A stretch of 64,000 nucleotides of DNA from a virus. Taxonomy: Duplodnaviria > Caudoviricetes. The DNA lies in IMG/VR virus record IMGVR_UViG_3300035208_001807, positions 32,001-96,000 of that record; one strand, 5' to 3'. Below the pieces are notes generated by a model that worked only from the letters and a program-made list of their open reading frames with translations, was not told where the DNA came from and ran no database searches. A program made the position numbers and the translations under genes. Shown here one piece after another: positions 22,523 through 32,243 of this stretch (position 1 is its first letter; each line of letters begins with the position of its first letter).

Positions 22523-22959
22523 AGACGTTCCTACTTACAACATTCTTATATGTTAGCTATCTTTATATCATTGTTGCAGGCCTTTATGGCTGTGTGCATC
22601 GCCCTAATGCTGCGACTGAGCATTGGAAAGTCCAAGCTGCTCGTTATCAGCAACTGTCTTCATGTAGAGAGGCTTATTACAAGTACCTCTTCTATAAGCA
22701 CTATGTACAAGATGATGAGCGTCGGCTCGATATATTGAAGACACTGTACGGTATGAAGATCACTCTAGGCCGTACTCCAGAGGAAATGGCCAAGGAGAAT
22801 CTTACCATGCAGAATGTTCGTAGGGAGATCATTGATGACAAGGCTGCCATGCAGGAGTGGAAGAATCGTGCATGTGTCCGCTGTTATGGGATATCTGATC
22901 TTCTAAAGGCTGAGGAAGAGATTCCGAAGTGTCCCGAACTTGAGCAATAAGGAGACAGC

Positions 22960-23556
22960 ATGACGGAGTGGGTTAAGAATTGGTTTTCCAACTTCGAACC
23001 TCTTGAGGATCCTATCATAGTTGATGGGGTTAAATGCTGGACCGTCGAAAGCTACTTCCAATCCCAGAAAGCTACTGACATCGAGACCCGTAGGCAGCTG
23101 GCAGCGTTGCCACCTGCCCTAGCTAAGAAAAGGGCTCGCTCCATTGAGCTTCGGAGTGATTGGAAGGATGTACGCGTTAGCGTAATGGAAGTTGGCCTTA
23201 GGCATAAGTTCAAACCCGGTACGCAATGGCACCAGAAGTTGTTGGCAACTGTGGGCCCCATAGTTGAGTGGAATAATTGGGGCGATGTCTTCTGGGGTGT
23301 TGATCTTAAGACAAAGCAGGGAGAGAATAATCTCGGCAAGCTTCTAATGAAGATCCGCGATGAATATGTCTCCCGTGATACTGCAAGTGCCGACATGTGT
23401 CGGCGATGTGGAGAACCAGCTAAGGACTATTACGGGCCTTATAAGCTGTGTTCTGCCTGCTTACCGGATGCTGCAAAGCTTATGCAGTTGTATGTCGAGC
23501 ACTCTTTAAGTGCCGACGATATGATTGCTGGGCGCTTTACAATTCCAGACTATTGA
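22960..23556 (+). CDS. NADAR-family protein with C-terminal Cys-rich extension
   Basis: FSNF, TVESYFQSQK, WGDVFWG and GENNLGKLLMKIR motifs. Confidence 0.88.
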   Translation: MTEWVKNWFSNFEPLEDPIIVDGVKCWTVESYFQSQKATDIETRRQLAALPPALAKKRARSIELRSDWKDVRVSVMEVGLRHKFKPGTQWHQKLLATVGPIVEWNNWGDVFWGVDLKTKQGENNLGKLLMKIRDEYVSRDTASADMCRRCGEPAKDYYGPYKLCSACLPDAAKLMQLYVEHSLSADDMIAGRFTIPDY

Positions 23557-23775
23557 GGTAATATCATGTTCAATTGTACAGGTTGCGGGAAGACTTCGAA
23601 GCCCACCGAGAAGATGAATCTTAGGCCGGGAGCTATGCGGCCGCAGGTTCCTCTGCACCCGACGAATTCGAAGCGGAGACGTACTCCTAACTCGTTCAAG
23701 GATATCGTCTACGAAGATAGGCTTTGCACAGCGTGTGAAATCAAAGCCCAGAAGACAGAAGCTTCTCTAGCCTAG

Positions 23776-23807
23776 GGAGAGATGGCCGAGTGGTTTAAGG
23801 CGGCGGT
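23776..23807 (+). pseudogene. 5' half of disrupted tRNA-Ser
   Basis: GGAGAGATGGCCGAGTGGTTTAAGGCGGCGGT; acceptor pairs with TCTCTCC-GCCA at 24455-24465. Confidence 0.85.
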
Positions 23808-23812
23808 AGGGC

Positions 23813-23841
23813 TTTACTTTTACTATAAACCATGCTATGAT
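23813..23841 (+). promoter_or_regulatory. Sigma70-like promoter
   Basis: TTTACT-N17-TATGAT. Confidence 0.65.
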
Positions 23842-23858
23842 ATCTATAGAGGTATCAT

Positions 23859-24320
23859 ATGCGAATACCAAATACTACTTGTTTAGGCTGTAGTAAATCA
23901 CTCTATCAGAGACCAAGCCAGAAAGCCTTAGGAAGGAATGTCTATTGTGATTTATGCTTTCCTACTATAGGAATGTCTCTACGCGGTGAGAGAGCTGCAG
24001 TTGCTCGTAACAGAATCTACGCAACTGCTTATATAGATAGATGGAAAGCTGGTAAAGAATCTGGGATGCGAGGTCAGACCGCAATTTCAGCGTATATTCG
24101 TAAGTATCTATTTGCTAAGTATGATAATAAGTGTTGTCGATGTAGCTGGAAAGAGAAGAATAAGACAACTGGTAAAATTCCTTTAGAGGTCAATCATAAA
24201 GATGGCAACCATAGGAATAACAAAGAAGGCAACCTTGAACTCTTGTGTCCTAATTGCCATAGTTTAACTAGTAGTTTTAGATCTCTTAATAAGGGATCTG
24301 GAAGGCCAAGAAAGTTCTAA
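23859..24320 (+). CDS. HNH endonuclease
   Basis: CCRC ... EVNHKDGNHRNN ... NLELLCPNCH. Confidence 0.9.
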   Translation: MRIPNTTCLGCSKSLYQRPSQKALGRNVYCDLCFPTIGMSLRGERAAVARNRIYATAYIDRWKAGKESGMRGQTAISAYIRKYLFAKYDNKCCRCSWKEKNKTTGKIPLEVNHKDGNHRNNKEGNLELLCPNCHSLTSSFRSLNKGSGRPRKF

Positions 24321-24323
24321 CTC

Positions 24324-24413
24324 GGAAGGGTGGCAGAGTGGCCTAATGCACCTGACTTGAAATCAGGAGGGCCCGTAAGGGCTCCGTGGGTTCAAATCCC
24401 ACTCCTTCCTCCA
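24324..24413 (+). tRNA. tRNA-Ser (TGA), replacement copy
   Basis: CCTGA-CT-TGA-AA-TCAGG, long variable arm, CCA. Confidence 0.9.
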
Positions 24414-24465
<52 letters not shown>

Positions 24466-24501
24466 TGCAGGTCGTGTACTATTCGCGCTGGAGGCTGTTC
24501 C

Positions 24502-25143
24502 GTGATACTCAAAGACCTTTTGGTTAAGGCTCATGTTCTCAAGGCTAGTGCCGAGGGGACTCCCGCTGAAGAAGTGGAGACCAATGATGCCACTCCTAGG
24601 CCTACTCCTAAGGCCAAAGGTCGTACCGTTACCAAGACGACTGTTGTCGAGACAGCTGCTCCCGACTCCTCATCAGCTGAGATCAGGAAGTTGCTTTATA
24701 CTGCCCTGAAGAAGGCTGCTGCTGGTAGCAATGAGTTCGACTACTTCAAGTTCAAAGAAGTCCTTTCCAAGCTCTCCTCGCATATCAAGGACGAAGCTGC
24801 TCTTTATGCTGCAGCCGGCGCTACCGCTTCTTCGATGAAGGTTAGTGCTGAGGACTTGATTGCTAGTGCGAAGGAGTATCAGAGCATTCTGACCGATGAG
24901 CGTAAAGCTTTTGAGGCCAGTATCGAAGATACTCGTTCTGAGACCACGCAGAAGCAGGCAGAGCTTAAGGCAATAACTAGCCAGATAGCCAAGCTGGAGT
25001 CTCAGAAGGCTTCTCTGGAATCTGCAGTGGACGAGAACACTCAGCAATTAGATGCTGGTGTTAAGGCTTTTGAAGTTGCCCATGAAGAGCTTAATGGCGA
25101 GATCAAAGATGCTATTGCCAAGATCAAGAAGTACATCAGTTAA
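24502..25143 (+). CDS. Coiled-coil hypothetical protein, first gene of the transporter operon
   Basis: GGAGG RBS; heptad-rich C-terminal half. Confidence 0.7.
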   Translation: MILKDLLVKAHVLKASAEGTPAEEVETNDATPRPTPKAKGRTVTKTTVVETAAPDSSSAEIRKLLYTALKKAAAGSNEFDYFKFKEVLSKLSSHIKDEAALYAAAGATASSMKVSAEDLIASAKEYQSILTDERKAFEASIEDTRSETTQKQAELKAITSQIAKLESQKASLESAVDENTQQLDAGVKAFEVAHEELNGEIKDAIAKIKKYIS

Positions 25144-25163
25144 GAAAGGTAGGTAGTTCTACA

Positions 25164-26186
25164 ATGGAGACACCCTCCAATCCTTTGGGGAAGGCTCGTT
25201 CGTTCTGGGCGAAGCCAGAAGGCACAACCGGGATGCTCGTGGCTTTGGGCCTGGGCGCCGCTGGCCTTCTAAGTCTTAACAAGATCCTCCCACTCCTTAT
25301 CTCAGCTCTTGAGAATACCCTGCATGCCACTATCCTTGGTGTTGGCTTAGCAGCGGTTCTCTGGGTGCTGTTTGATAAGCGGTTCCGGACGCTGGCTTGG
25401 TATGGTTACCAAAGCCTTATGCGCTGGATTACCAGCTGGTTCGTGACGGTTGACCCAATCGGGATCGTCAAGAACTACATTCTTGAGATGAAGAGAAATC
25501 TTGAGAAGATGCAGAACCAGATCGGGAACCTTCGTGGTCAGATTACGAGTCTTGCTCGTACTATCACTACGAATGAGGCGAAGATCGACCAGTGTATGAA
25601 GCTGGCGAAGGAAGCCGAGAAACAGAATAAGGTCCCCGAGCAGATGTTAAATACTCGTCAGGCGGGTCGTCTGGATGAGTCTAACAAGCGTATCGAGACC
25701 CTTCGTGTGAAGCTGGAGGTCCTGTATCGCGTTCTCCGTAAGATGTCGGAGACTGCGGATGTGGTTATCCAAGACACCGAAGCGGAGGTCGAGTGCAAGG
25801 AAGACGAGTGGAAAGCTATCACTGCTGGTAACGCTGCTATGCGTTCGGCGATGGCCATCATGCGTGGCGATGTGGACAAGAAGGCTCTCTTCGAACAGTC
25901 AATGGAGTTCCTCGTTACCGACATTTGCAATAAGGTCGGCGAGATGGACAACTTCATGGACATGAGCCAGAAGATCACCAGTCAGATCGACCTGGAGAAC
26001 GGCGTGTTCGAGCAAGAAGGCTTGAAGATGTTGGAGCAGTGGGAGCAGAAGGCTGATTCGGGGGCGTTGCTGAAGCCCTCCGATAAGAAGCGCATTCTGC
26101 GAGAAGCAGCTGACCCGAGCGCGGACATCGAGTCCTTGCCGGAAGTGAAGGTAAGTTCTTACAAGAACGTCCTTCGCAGGAAGTAA
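25164..26186 (+). CDS. Membrane-anchored coiled-coil protein (PspA-like)
   Basis: Two N-terminal hydrophobic helices, then a long coiled coil after DPIGIVKNYI. Confidence 0.65.
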   Translation: METPSNPLGKARSFWAKPEGTTGMLVALGLGAAGLLSLNKILPLLISALENTLHATILGVGLAAVLWVLFDKRFRTLAWYGYQSLMRWITSWFVTVDPIGIVKNYILEMKRNLEKMQNQIGNLRGQITSLARTITTNEAKIDQCMKLAKEAEKQNKVPEQMLNTRQAGRLDESNKRIETLRVKLEVLYRVLRKMSETADVVIQDTEAEVECKEDEWKAITAGNAAMRSAMAIMRGDVDKKALFEQSMEFLVTDICNKVGEMDNFMDMSQKITSQIDLENGVFEQEGLKMLEQWEQKADSGALLKPSDKKRILREAADPSADIESLPEVKVSSYKNVLRRK

Positions 26187-26213
26187 CAGCAAACTCAGTT
26201 AAGGAGCTGTCAG

Positions 26214-27773
26214 ATGACGGAAGGTTTCAAGAAGTTGCTGAAGATCTTGTTGGTCTTCGCGGTCTTGGGTGGTGGCTATTACTACCTCAAGTCCACGGGC
26301 ACCATCAAGAAGATGAATGCGGTCGGTTCCAAACCGATCCCGAAGGACGCTTTTGGTGGCGGCAGCTCTGATGCCCCTGGGAAACTGACTCGGCCAATGA
26401 CGGTCGGGCTCTGTACCTTCCCTGGTTATTCGGGCGGCCCCTATTACAACAACGGCTTCAAGGCCAGCGAGAATAGCGGATTCTTCCGCGACTCAGGCCT
26501 GAAGGTGCAGTTCATCCAGAACGACAATGCTGAAGGTGGTAAGGCGGCTTGGCGTAAGGGTGCGTACGATGCCTGGTGGTGCACGATCGACTCCTTCCCG
26601 GTGGACGCAGGTGGATTGGCTGAAAACGAGCCAGTCATGATCTTGCAGTCCGACTGGTCACGAGGTGCCGATGCTATCGTGGTCTCCAACGACATCAAGA
26701 CGGTTGCTGACTTGAAGGGCAAGGAAATTGCTTGCGCTATCGGCTCTCCGTCACACACGCTCCTACTTTGGATGCTGTCATCCAACAACATGTCGATGTC
26801 TGACATCGAGTTGGTTACGGTCCAGAATGCGATCGATGCGGCCAGTATGTTCAAGGCTCGCAAGGTCAAGGCTGCTGTGGTTTGGGCGCCGGACGATTCC
26901 GACTGTGTCGCTAACGTCCCCGGTGCTCATGTCTTGGTTAGCTCCAAGACTGCCTCGAAGATCATCGCTGACTGCTTCTATGTCAAGAGGTCGTTCTTGG
27001 ATGCTCATCCAGACGATGTCAAGGCATTGGTCCGCGGGTGGTTGAAGGGTGCAGCTGACATCAACTCTTCGGATACGGCACGCCGGAAGGCTGCTCAGAT
27101 CCTTGCGGTTGGTTTCAACGTTGACGAGGCCTTCTGTTATGAGGGCATCGGAAACGTTCGCCTGTGTACCTATGGCGATAACCTCAACTTCTTTGGTCTG
27201 AACCGAGCCTATGTCGGCCAGACAGGCCAGAAGCTCTACGAGAAGATGGGCCCTCTCTGGCAGACCTTGAAGTTGGCCAGTGATACTATGCCTGCTTGGC
27301 GTGCTCTCACGGATCAAGAAGTTCTGCGTGGGATCACGGACCTGAAGCGTACAGCTGACCTTGCCGAGGGCGAGAAGCAGTTCGCAAAGCTGGATGTGGT
27401 TACTGAAGAGAAACTGCAGTCCATCTCTACCAATCGGGTGACGATCAACTTCGCCTCTGGTTCAGCTACACTGGACGAGACGGCCAAGTACATCATCCAG
27501 GACAAGTTCGGTCCTATGGTGCAAGGCTTCGAAGCTGCTCGTGTTCGTGTCGAGGGCAATACCGATAATATCGGTGACTCGGCTATGAACGTACGCCTCT
27601 CGAAGGCTCGTGCACAGGCGGTTGTTAACTTCCTTGTCGAGAAGTATCGACTGGACTCTGACCGCTTCGTGGTTCGTGGCAACGGGATGGATAATCCGGT
27701 GGCTGGCAATGATACCGACGAAGGTCGGGCTGCCAACCGTCGTACGGACTTCGAACTTCTGCAGGAGAAGTAA
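26214..27773 (+). CDS. ABC substrate-binding protein (NMT1/SsuA-like) fused to an OmpA-like peptidoglycan-binding domain
   Basis: DWSRGADAIV..IKTVADLKGK; C-terminal INFASGS, EGNTD.IG, LSKARA and NRRT motifs. Confidence 0.88.
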   Translation: MTEGFKKLLKILLVFAVLGGGYYYLKSTGTIKKMNAVGSKPIPKDAFGGGSSDAPGKLTRPMTVGLCTFPGYSGGPYYNNGFKASENSGFFRDSGLKVQFIQNDNAEGGKAAWRKGAYDAWWCTIDSFPVDAGGLAENEPVMILQSDWSRGADAIVVSNDIKTVADLKGKEIACAIGSPSHTLLLWMLSSNNMSMSDIELVTVQNAIDAASMFKARKVKAAVVWAPDDSDCVANVPGAHVLVSSKTASKIIADCFYVKRSFLDAHPDDVKALVRGWLKGAADINSSDTARRKAAQILAVGFNVDEAFCYEGIGNVRLCTYGDNLNFFGLNRAYVGQTGQKLYEKMGPLWQTLKLASDTMPAWRALTDQEVLRGITDLKRTADLAEGEKQFAKLDVVTEEKLQSISTNRVTINFASGSATLDETAKYIIQDKFGPMVQGFEAARVRVEGNTDNIGDSAMNVRLSKARAQAVVNFLVEKYRLDSDRFVVRGNGMDNPVAGNDTDEGRAANRRTDFELLQEK

Positions 27774-28579
27774 TGTTCTCTGGTCTCTTTACACTGAGGG
27801 GGTCTACTTCCAAACAGGCCTCCTCAGTTATGACCTTTACGGGGATTGCAGCCCTTCTACTGATTTGGGAGCTCGCCGTCTGGTGCGGCTTCATCAGTGA
27901 GGGGTTGTTGCCCTCTCCTGTGTCAGTGTTTAAGGCCTATGGGCCTTTACTGCATAGGGATGATCTGATCCCCAATGTCATCTACTCATTCCGGCTTAAC
28001 CTTTGGTCTTACCTAGAAGCAATTGCGATCGCTGTTCCTCTAGGTTTTATCATTGGTCTTTTCCCTGTGTTCAGGGAGTCCCTGCGAACACCACTCGATG
28101 CATTACGGTTCTTACCTATGACCGCTTTAGTTGGTCCCTTCATTGGTTGGTTCGGCATTGCCGACAATATGAAGATCCAGTTCCTTGCAGCTTGTATCGC
28201 TGTCTATCTGCTTCCAGTAGTTGTGCAGCGAGTGCAGGAAACGAACGAGATCTACGTTCAAGCAGTTCTTACGCTTAGTGCTAAGCAGTGGCATAGGATT
28301 ACGAAGGTCTTCATACCAGACGTAATGTCTAAGGTATTTGATGACATTCGTGTCATGGTTGCTATCTCTTGGACTTATTTGATCGTGGCAGAAGGCGTTA
28401 ACAACACGGGTGGCGTTGGTGCCATGTGTTATATCGCCGGCCGGCAGAGCAGATTCGATAAGGTATTTGCCATCTTAGTGGTAATTATCCTTATCGGGTA
28501 TGTGCAGGACAAGATCTTCATGTGGCTGGACAGAATTCTGTTCCCCCACAAATTCCAAGGAGCTTCTCATGCGAAGTAA
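27773..28579 (+). CDS. ABC permease (SsuC/TauC-like)
   Basis: LPSP, multiple TM helices, SWTYLIVAE. Confidence 0.88.
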   Translation: MFSGLFTLRGSTSKQASSVMTFTGIAALLLIWELAVWCGFISEGLLPSPVSVFKAYGPLLHRDDLIPNVIYSFRLNLWSYLEAIAIAVPLGFIIGLFPVFRESLRTPLDALRFLPMTALVGPFIGWFGIADNMKIQFLAACIAVYLLPVVVQRVQETNEIYVQAVLTLSAKQWHRITKVFIPDVMSKVFDDIRVMVAISWTYLIVAEGVNNTGGVGAMCYIAGRQSRFDKVFAILVVIILIGYVQDKIFMWLDRILFPHKFQGASHAK

Positions 28580-29222
28580 GTCATTACTGGTTGCGCTTCT
28601 GATGCTGATGGCAAACGTTTCTTTTGGACTGGGTCTCTCAGCCCGCGTGGATACCTCCACAAAGTACATGTACCGCGGTATCCAGATCGAGAACAACGCG
28701 GTTCTGCAGCCCAGCCTTTCTGTCTTGGCTGGACCTGTGGTCGTGGGTGGCTTTGCCAACTACAACTTGGACCTGAACCAGTACGACGAAGTTGATGCCT
28801 TTGGCTCACTTTCGTTCGGGCTGGGTCGCTTTGCTGCTACGGTCGGCGCCCAGGGTTACTTCCTTGATGGCATCGATGACATGGCTGACGTTAACATGTC
28901 ACTCATTCATACTGATGTTAAGGGCTTTACCCTTACCGGTGCCTATAACTTCCTTAATTGGAAGGGTCTTTACGCTGAGCTGAACTATGGGTACCTCGTG
29001 CCTATGCATTCATTCTCTCTGGCTCCTACCATGGGAGTTGGCTACAACAAGGACTACATGCGTGTGGGCAGTGGCTTGTCCCACGTCTATCTGTCTATTC
29101 CCCTGACTTACCAATGGGGTAAGAAAGCCCGCCTTATCTTGACAGGATTCCACCAAGAACACTTGTCAGATGACTTCAAATCGGTTACGATGGGCCAGTT
29201 CAGCTTCGTCCGGGACATCTAA
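28569..29222 (+). CDS. Putative outer-membrane beta-barrel protein
   Basis: Signal peptide, KYMYRG...LQP, alternating aromatic strands. Confidence 0.65.
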   Translation: MRSKSLLVALLMLMANVSFGLGLSARVDTSTKYMYRGIQIENNAVLQPSLSVLAGPVVVGGFANYNLDLNQYDEVDAFGSLSFGLGRFAATVGAQGYFLDGIDDMADVNMSLIHTDVKGFTLTGAYNFLNWKGLYAELNYGYLVPMHSFSLAPTMGVGYNKDYMRVGSGLSHVYLSIPLTYQWGKKARLILTGFHQEHLSDDFKSVTMGQFSFVRDI

Positions 29223-29223
29223 C

Positions 29224-30021
29224 ATGGCCAAGCAGGAAACTGACAACTATCTTATCGAGTTCAAGGATGTGTGTCAGAGCTATCCCGATAAGAAGGACGT
29301 AATCAAGGGCTTTGACCTGATCGTAGACCAGGAGCCTGGTACCGATAAGGTTATTGGTATCCTTGGTCCTTCTGGTTGTGGGAAGTCGACCATCCTGCGC
29401 TATCTCTCTGCCCTACAAAAGCCCACCTCTGGTGGTGTTTTCATCAAGGGCGAGCCGATTACGGACAACACTGTTGTAGGGATGGTGTTTCAACAGTATT
29501 CATCTTTACCATGGTATACTGTGTTGGAAAATGTTGCGCTTGGTCTTGAGCTTCGCGGAGTTCCTCTCAAGGAACGTACCGAGAAGGCCATGGAAATGAT
29601 CAAGCTGGTGGGCCTTGAAGGACATGAGAAGAAGCGCGCACTGTCACCTGCGCTCTCAGGTGGGCAGTTGCAGCGCGTTGCGATTGGCCGGAGTCTTCTA
29701 GCCAACTCACAAATTCTCTTGATGGATGAGCCTTTTGGTGCTCTTGATGTGAGTACCAGGCTTAGTATGCAGGAACTGCTGCGTAGCGTTCTTAGCATGC
29801 CAGATGACATGACAGTAATGTTTGTTACTCATGACATTCCGGAAGCTGTCTATCTCTCGGATGAGATCCAGATTATGGGAGCTAATCCTGGGCGTATAGT
29901 TGATACTATCGAACTCAACTGGCCTAAGGATAGAGAGCCCTCAATCAAGCGAGAGCCGAAGTTCGTAAAGATGGTCTACGATATCGAAGATCGTATGGCC
30001 AAGTTGAAGAAGCAGAAGTAG
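29224..30021 (+). CDS. ABC ATPase (SsuB/TauB-like)
   Basis: GPSGCGKST, LSGGQ, LLMDEPFGALD and VTHD motifs. Confidence 0.93.
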   Translation: MAKQETDNYLIEFKDVCQSYPDKKDVIKGFDLIVDQEPGTDKVIGILGPSGCGKSTILRYLSALQKPTSGGVFIKGEPITDNTVVGMVFQQYSSLPWYTVLENVALGLELRGVPLKERTEKAMEMIKLVGLEGHEKKRALSPALSGGQLQRVAIGRSLLANSQILLMDEPFGALDVSTRLSMQELLRSVLSMPDDMTVMFVTHDIPEAVYLSDEIQIMGANPGRIVDTIELNWPKDREPSIKREPKFVKMVYDIEDRMAKLKKQK

Positions 30022-30104
30022 AGATACTCAAGTAGCAACGAGGACGGGCTGTAAACCCGTTGCCCGCGAGGGCTTCGTAGGTGCAAGTCCTACTCTCTAC
30101 ACCA
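30018..30104 (+). tRNA. tRNA-Tyr (GTA)
   Basis: ACGGG-CT-GTA-AA-CCCGT, long variable arm, ACCA; overlaps the ATPase stop codon. Confidence 0.88.
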
Positions 30105-30115
30105 TTGAGGGACTT

Positions 30116-30451
30116 ATGCCTCCATCCAAACGTGTTCCTAACCAGGTTCCTGAAGGTACAAAGATTGTACCGTCAGAGCAGTGGTATAAGGACAGACACC
30201 TATACTTTACGACTATGCCTCGTGAGATGTGCATTGGGGTCGTGAAGGCTTGTGATTATGGCAAGCTCCTAGTAGTATGGCCCGAAGGTTGCTCTGGTGG
30301 CAATCCAGGCGGAGAGGCAGCTAATAAACTGCCTCGTAGTGAGTATGCAAGGGCTTGGTGGGTGAATGCCCCCGATATGCTTTTAGAAGGCTATGCCTTC
30401 GAGCCTGCTCCTGAACGTGCTCGTCCTAAGCTGGACCAACTAGTAGATTAG
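30116..30451 (+). CDS. Hypothetical protein (MPP start, LxxLVD end)
   Basis: Ends RARPKLDQLVD. Confidence 0.65.
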   Translation: MPPSKRVPNQVPEGTKIVPSEQWYKDRHLYFTTMPREMCIGVVKACDYGKLLVVWPEGCSGGNPGGEAANKLPRSEYARAWWVNAPDMLLEGYAFEPAPERARPKLDQLVD

Positions 30452-30524
30452 TCATGGTGGCCGAGTGGTTAGGTTGCGGCCTGCAAAGCCGCCTACGAGA
30501 GTCCGATTCTCTCCCATGACTCCA
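30451..30524 (+). tRNA. tRNA-Cys (GCA)
   Basis: GCGGC-CT-GCA-AA-GCCGC, U73, CCA. Confidence 0.9.
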
Positions 30525-30783
30525 TTTGAGGTCTTCATGAACCCCATTATCCAGAACTGGACTATCTCTCCCCATAAGTCAAAAGATGGACGTTGGTACT
30601 TCAGACTTCATGGTAACATCCATGGGCATCCTGACTACCCCCGGATCACTGATGGTGAGTACTGCCATACCTCCGAGATTCTCTCTATTGATTTTAGGGA
30701 TAATCTTGTAGTTACTAGGAGTCGCACCTATCAGCTTGGGAAGCCAGAACCCGAGAGCACTCTTAATAAGGCTATGGTTCTCA

Positions 30784-31566
30784 ATGAACTTACTAAGGCT
30801 TAAGAAGTTTGCCAATGGACGGGTCTATGCCCTCCAGACTCAAGATGGCTATCCTCTTGAGACGACGGACACATTCCTTCCCTCTTATACTAAAGAGGCA
30901 ACTGGGCGCCGGCAAAATACCCTATCTAATACTGATTTAGGTAGCAGGCATAACCGGTGGATGGTTGGTGTGTCAGTAATGTCAGGCTGTCCTGTGGGAT
31001 GTAAGTTCTGTGCGACTGGTCAGTTGTCTAGATGGCGTAAGCTGACCGCTGATGAGATCGTGGACCAGGTCAAGTTCATCGTTGGATCTAATCCCGACTA
31101 TAACCCAAATGAGGCCTATGAGTTCAAGATCAACTATACCCGCATGGGTGAGCCTTTTCTGAACTTAGAGGCCGTAAAAGAGGCCATAGGACGCATTTCT
31201 GAGCTATTCCCGAAGGCCCATCACTACGTCTCAACTATCGGAGTCAAAGGCTCGACTTTTGACTGGATTCATGATAGGATAACCCTACAGTTGAGTTTGC
31301 ACAGTTTAGATGAAACTCGACGCCATGCCTTGATCCCATATCCTACAATGTCTATTGAGGAGTTGGGGCAAGTTCGTACGAAGAGTGCCCTGAAGACGAC
31401 GGTGAATTTGACCTTAGTTGACAAGGCCGATTTTGACATACAGGCTCTTAAGAAGTACTTCGATCCTATGTACTTCTTCATCAAGCTGAGCCCTATCAAT
31501 CCTAATGCAACGTCTGAGAAGAATGGACTAGGCAAAGGGATTGTGCAGCAGATCAATCTGGTATAA
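30784..31566 (+). CDS. RlmN/Cfr-like radical SAM protein lacking the C-terminal catalytic-Cys segment
   Basis: SGCPVGCKFCATG (CxxxCxxC), LTADEIVDQV, RMGEPFLN, VSTIG and LSLH motifs. Confidence 0.85.
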   Translation: MNLLRLKKFANGRVYALQTQDGYPLETTDTFLPSYTKEATGRRQNTLSNTDLGSRHNRWMVGVSVMSGCPVGCKFCATGQLSRWRKLTADEIVDQVKFIVGSNPDYNPNEAYEFKINYTRMGEPFLNLEAVKEAIGRISELFPKAHHYVSTIGVKGSTFDWIHDRITLQLSLHSLDETRRHALIPYPTMSIEELGQVRTKSALKTTVNLTLVDKADFDIQALKKYFDPMYFFIKLSPINPNATSEKNGLGKGIVQQINLV

Positions 31567-31576
31567 GGAGTCTCCC

Positions 31577-31699
31577 ATGGAAGATATCAAGAATCAACTC
31601 GAAGCGGCCGGCTATGACTTTGCCGTCGCGATCGCGACCCAAGCGGAGATTAATAACCAGGCAGCCTGCGGCCAGCTTGCCATCGTAACCTCCGAATAA
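31577..31699 (+). CDS. 40-aa peptide equivalent to the RlmN C-terminus (AACGQL)
   Basis: MEDIKNQLEAAGYDFAVAIATQAEINNQAACGQLAIVTSE; own AAGGAG RBS; not in ORF track. Confidence 0.8.
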   Translation: MEDIKNQLEAAGYDFAVAIATQAEINNQAACGQLAIVTSE

Positions 31700-31718
31700 C
31701 AAACCCTTTTACCCTTGC

Positions 31719-31794
31719 GGGGACATAGCTTAGCGGCCAAAGCGTCCGGCTGTCTACCGGAAGACCTGGGGTTCAAATCCCCATGTCCTCGCCA
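31719..31794 (+). tRNA. tRNA-Asp (GTC)
   Basis: TCCGG-CT-GTC-TA-CCGGA, G73, CCA. Confidence 0.9.
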
Positions 31795-31807
31795 TATTTT
31801 CTCATAC

Positions 31808-31844
31808 ACGGCAGTGGTCCAACGGTTGGGCAGCGGCCTCCAAA
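31808..31844 (+). pseudogene. 5' half of disrupted tRNA-Trp (retains CT-CCA-AA)
   Basis: ACGGCAG pairs with CTGCCGT-GCCA at 32341-32351. Confidence 0.85.
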
Positions 31845-31895
31845 AGAATTAGTATCCAAACTCTAATTGGTGTTATAATACTCATGGAGGGTATT

Positions 31896-32243
31896 ATGGC
31901 AACCAAAGAATGGATTCAAACTCATCAGAAAGAGATGCGTGCTTATCGTAGAAAGCACTATCGAGCTAATAGAGAACAATATTATGCTCGTAATAGAAAA
32001 TCTTGGGCAGCTAAGCAAGCTTTCTTAGATAAATTAAGAGATGTTCCATGCCCTATATGCAAAGGAAGATTTGCTCCTTGCAGTATGGAGTTTGATCATC
32101 TAAGAGACAAAAAGACTTGTGTTAGCACACTTGCCAAGAATTCTTGGTCTAAGTTAAAGGCTGAGATAGCTAAATGTGAAGTTATCTGTGCTAATTGTCA
32201 TCGAGTTAGAACTCTTAATAGGAAGAAAGACAAAACACGTTAA
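31896..32243 (+). CDS. HNH endonuclease
   Basis: CPIC...EFDH...CEVICANCH; GGAGG RBS; stop codon lies within the 5' end of the replacement tRNA. Confidence 0.88.
   Translation: MATKEWIQTHQKEMRAYRRKHYRANREQYYARNRKSWAAKQAFLDKLRDVPCPICKGRFAPCSMEFDHLRDKKTCVSTLAKNSWSKLKAEIAKCEVICANCHRVRTLNRKKDKTR

Larger units (their letters stand above)
23808..24413 (+). mobile_element. Cassette of promoter, HNH and replacement tRNA-Ser inserted in tRNA-Ser
   Basis: Lies between two complementary tRNA-Ser halves. Confidence 0.8.

Noticed and set aside
23808-24413. Group I introns in tRNA anticodon loops as the explanation for the HNH inserts
   Set aside because: The inserts are fully accounted for by promoter, ORF and tRNA, leaving no room for a ribozyme core. 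The outer halves have also lost anticodon-arm nucleotides, so splicing would not restore a tRNA.
30465-30536. ORF-track starts inside tRNA genes (also 36952 and 38479)
   Set aside because: Downstream ATGs with RBSs (30537, 37009, 38524) are more plausible starts.
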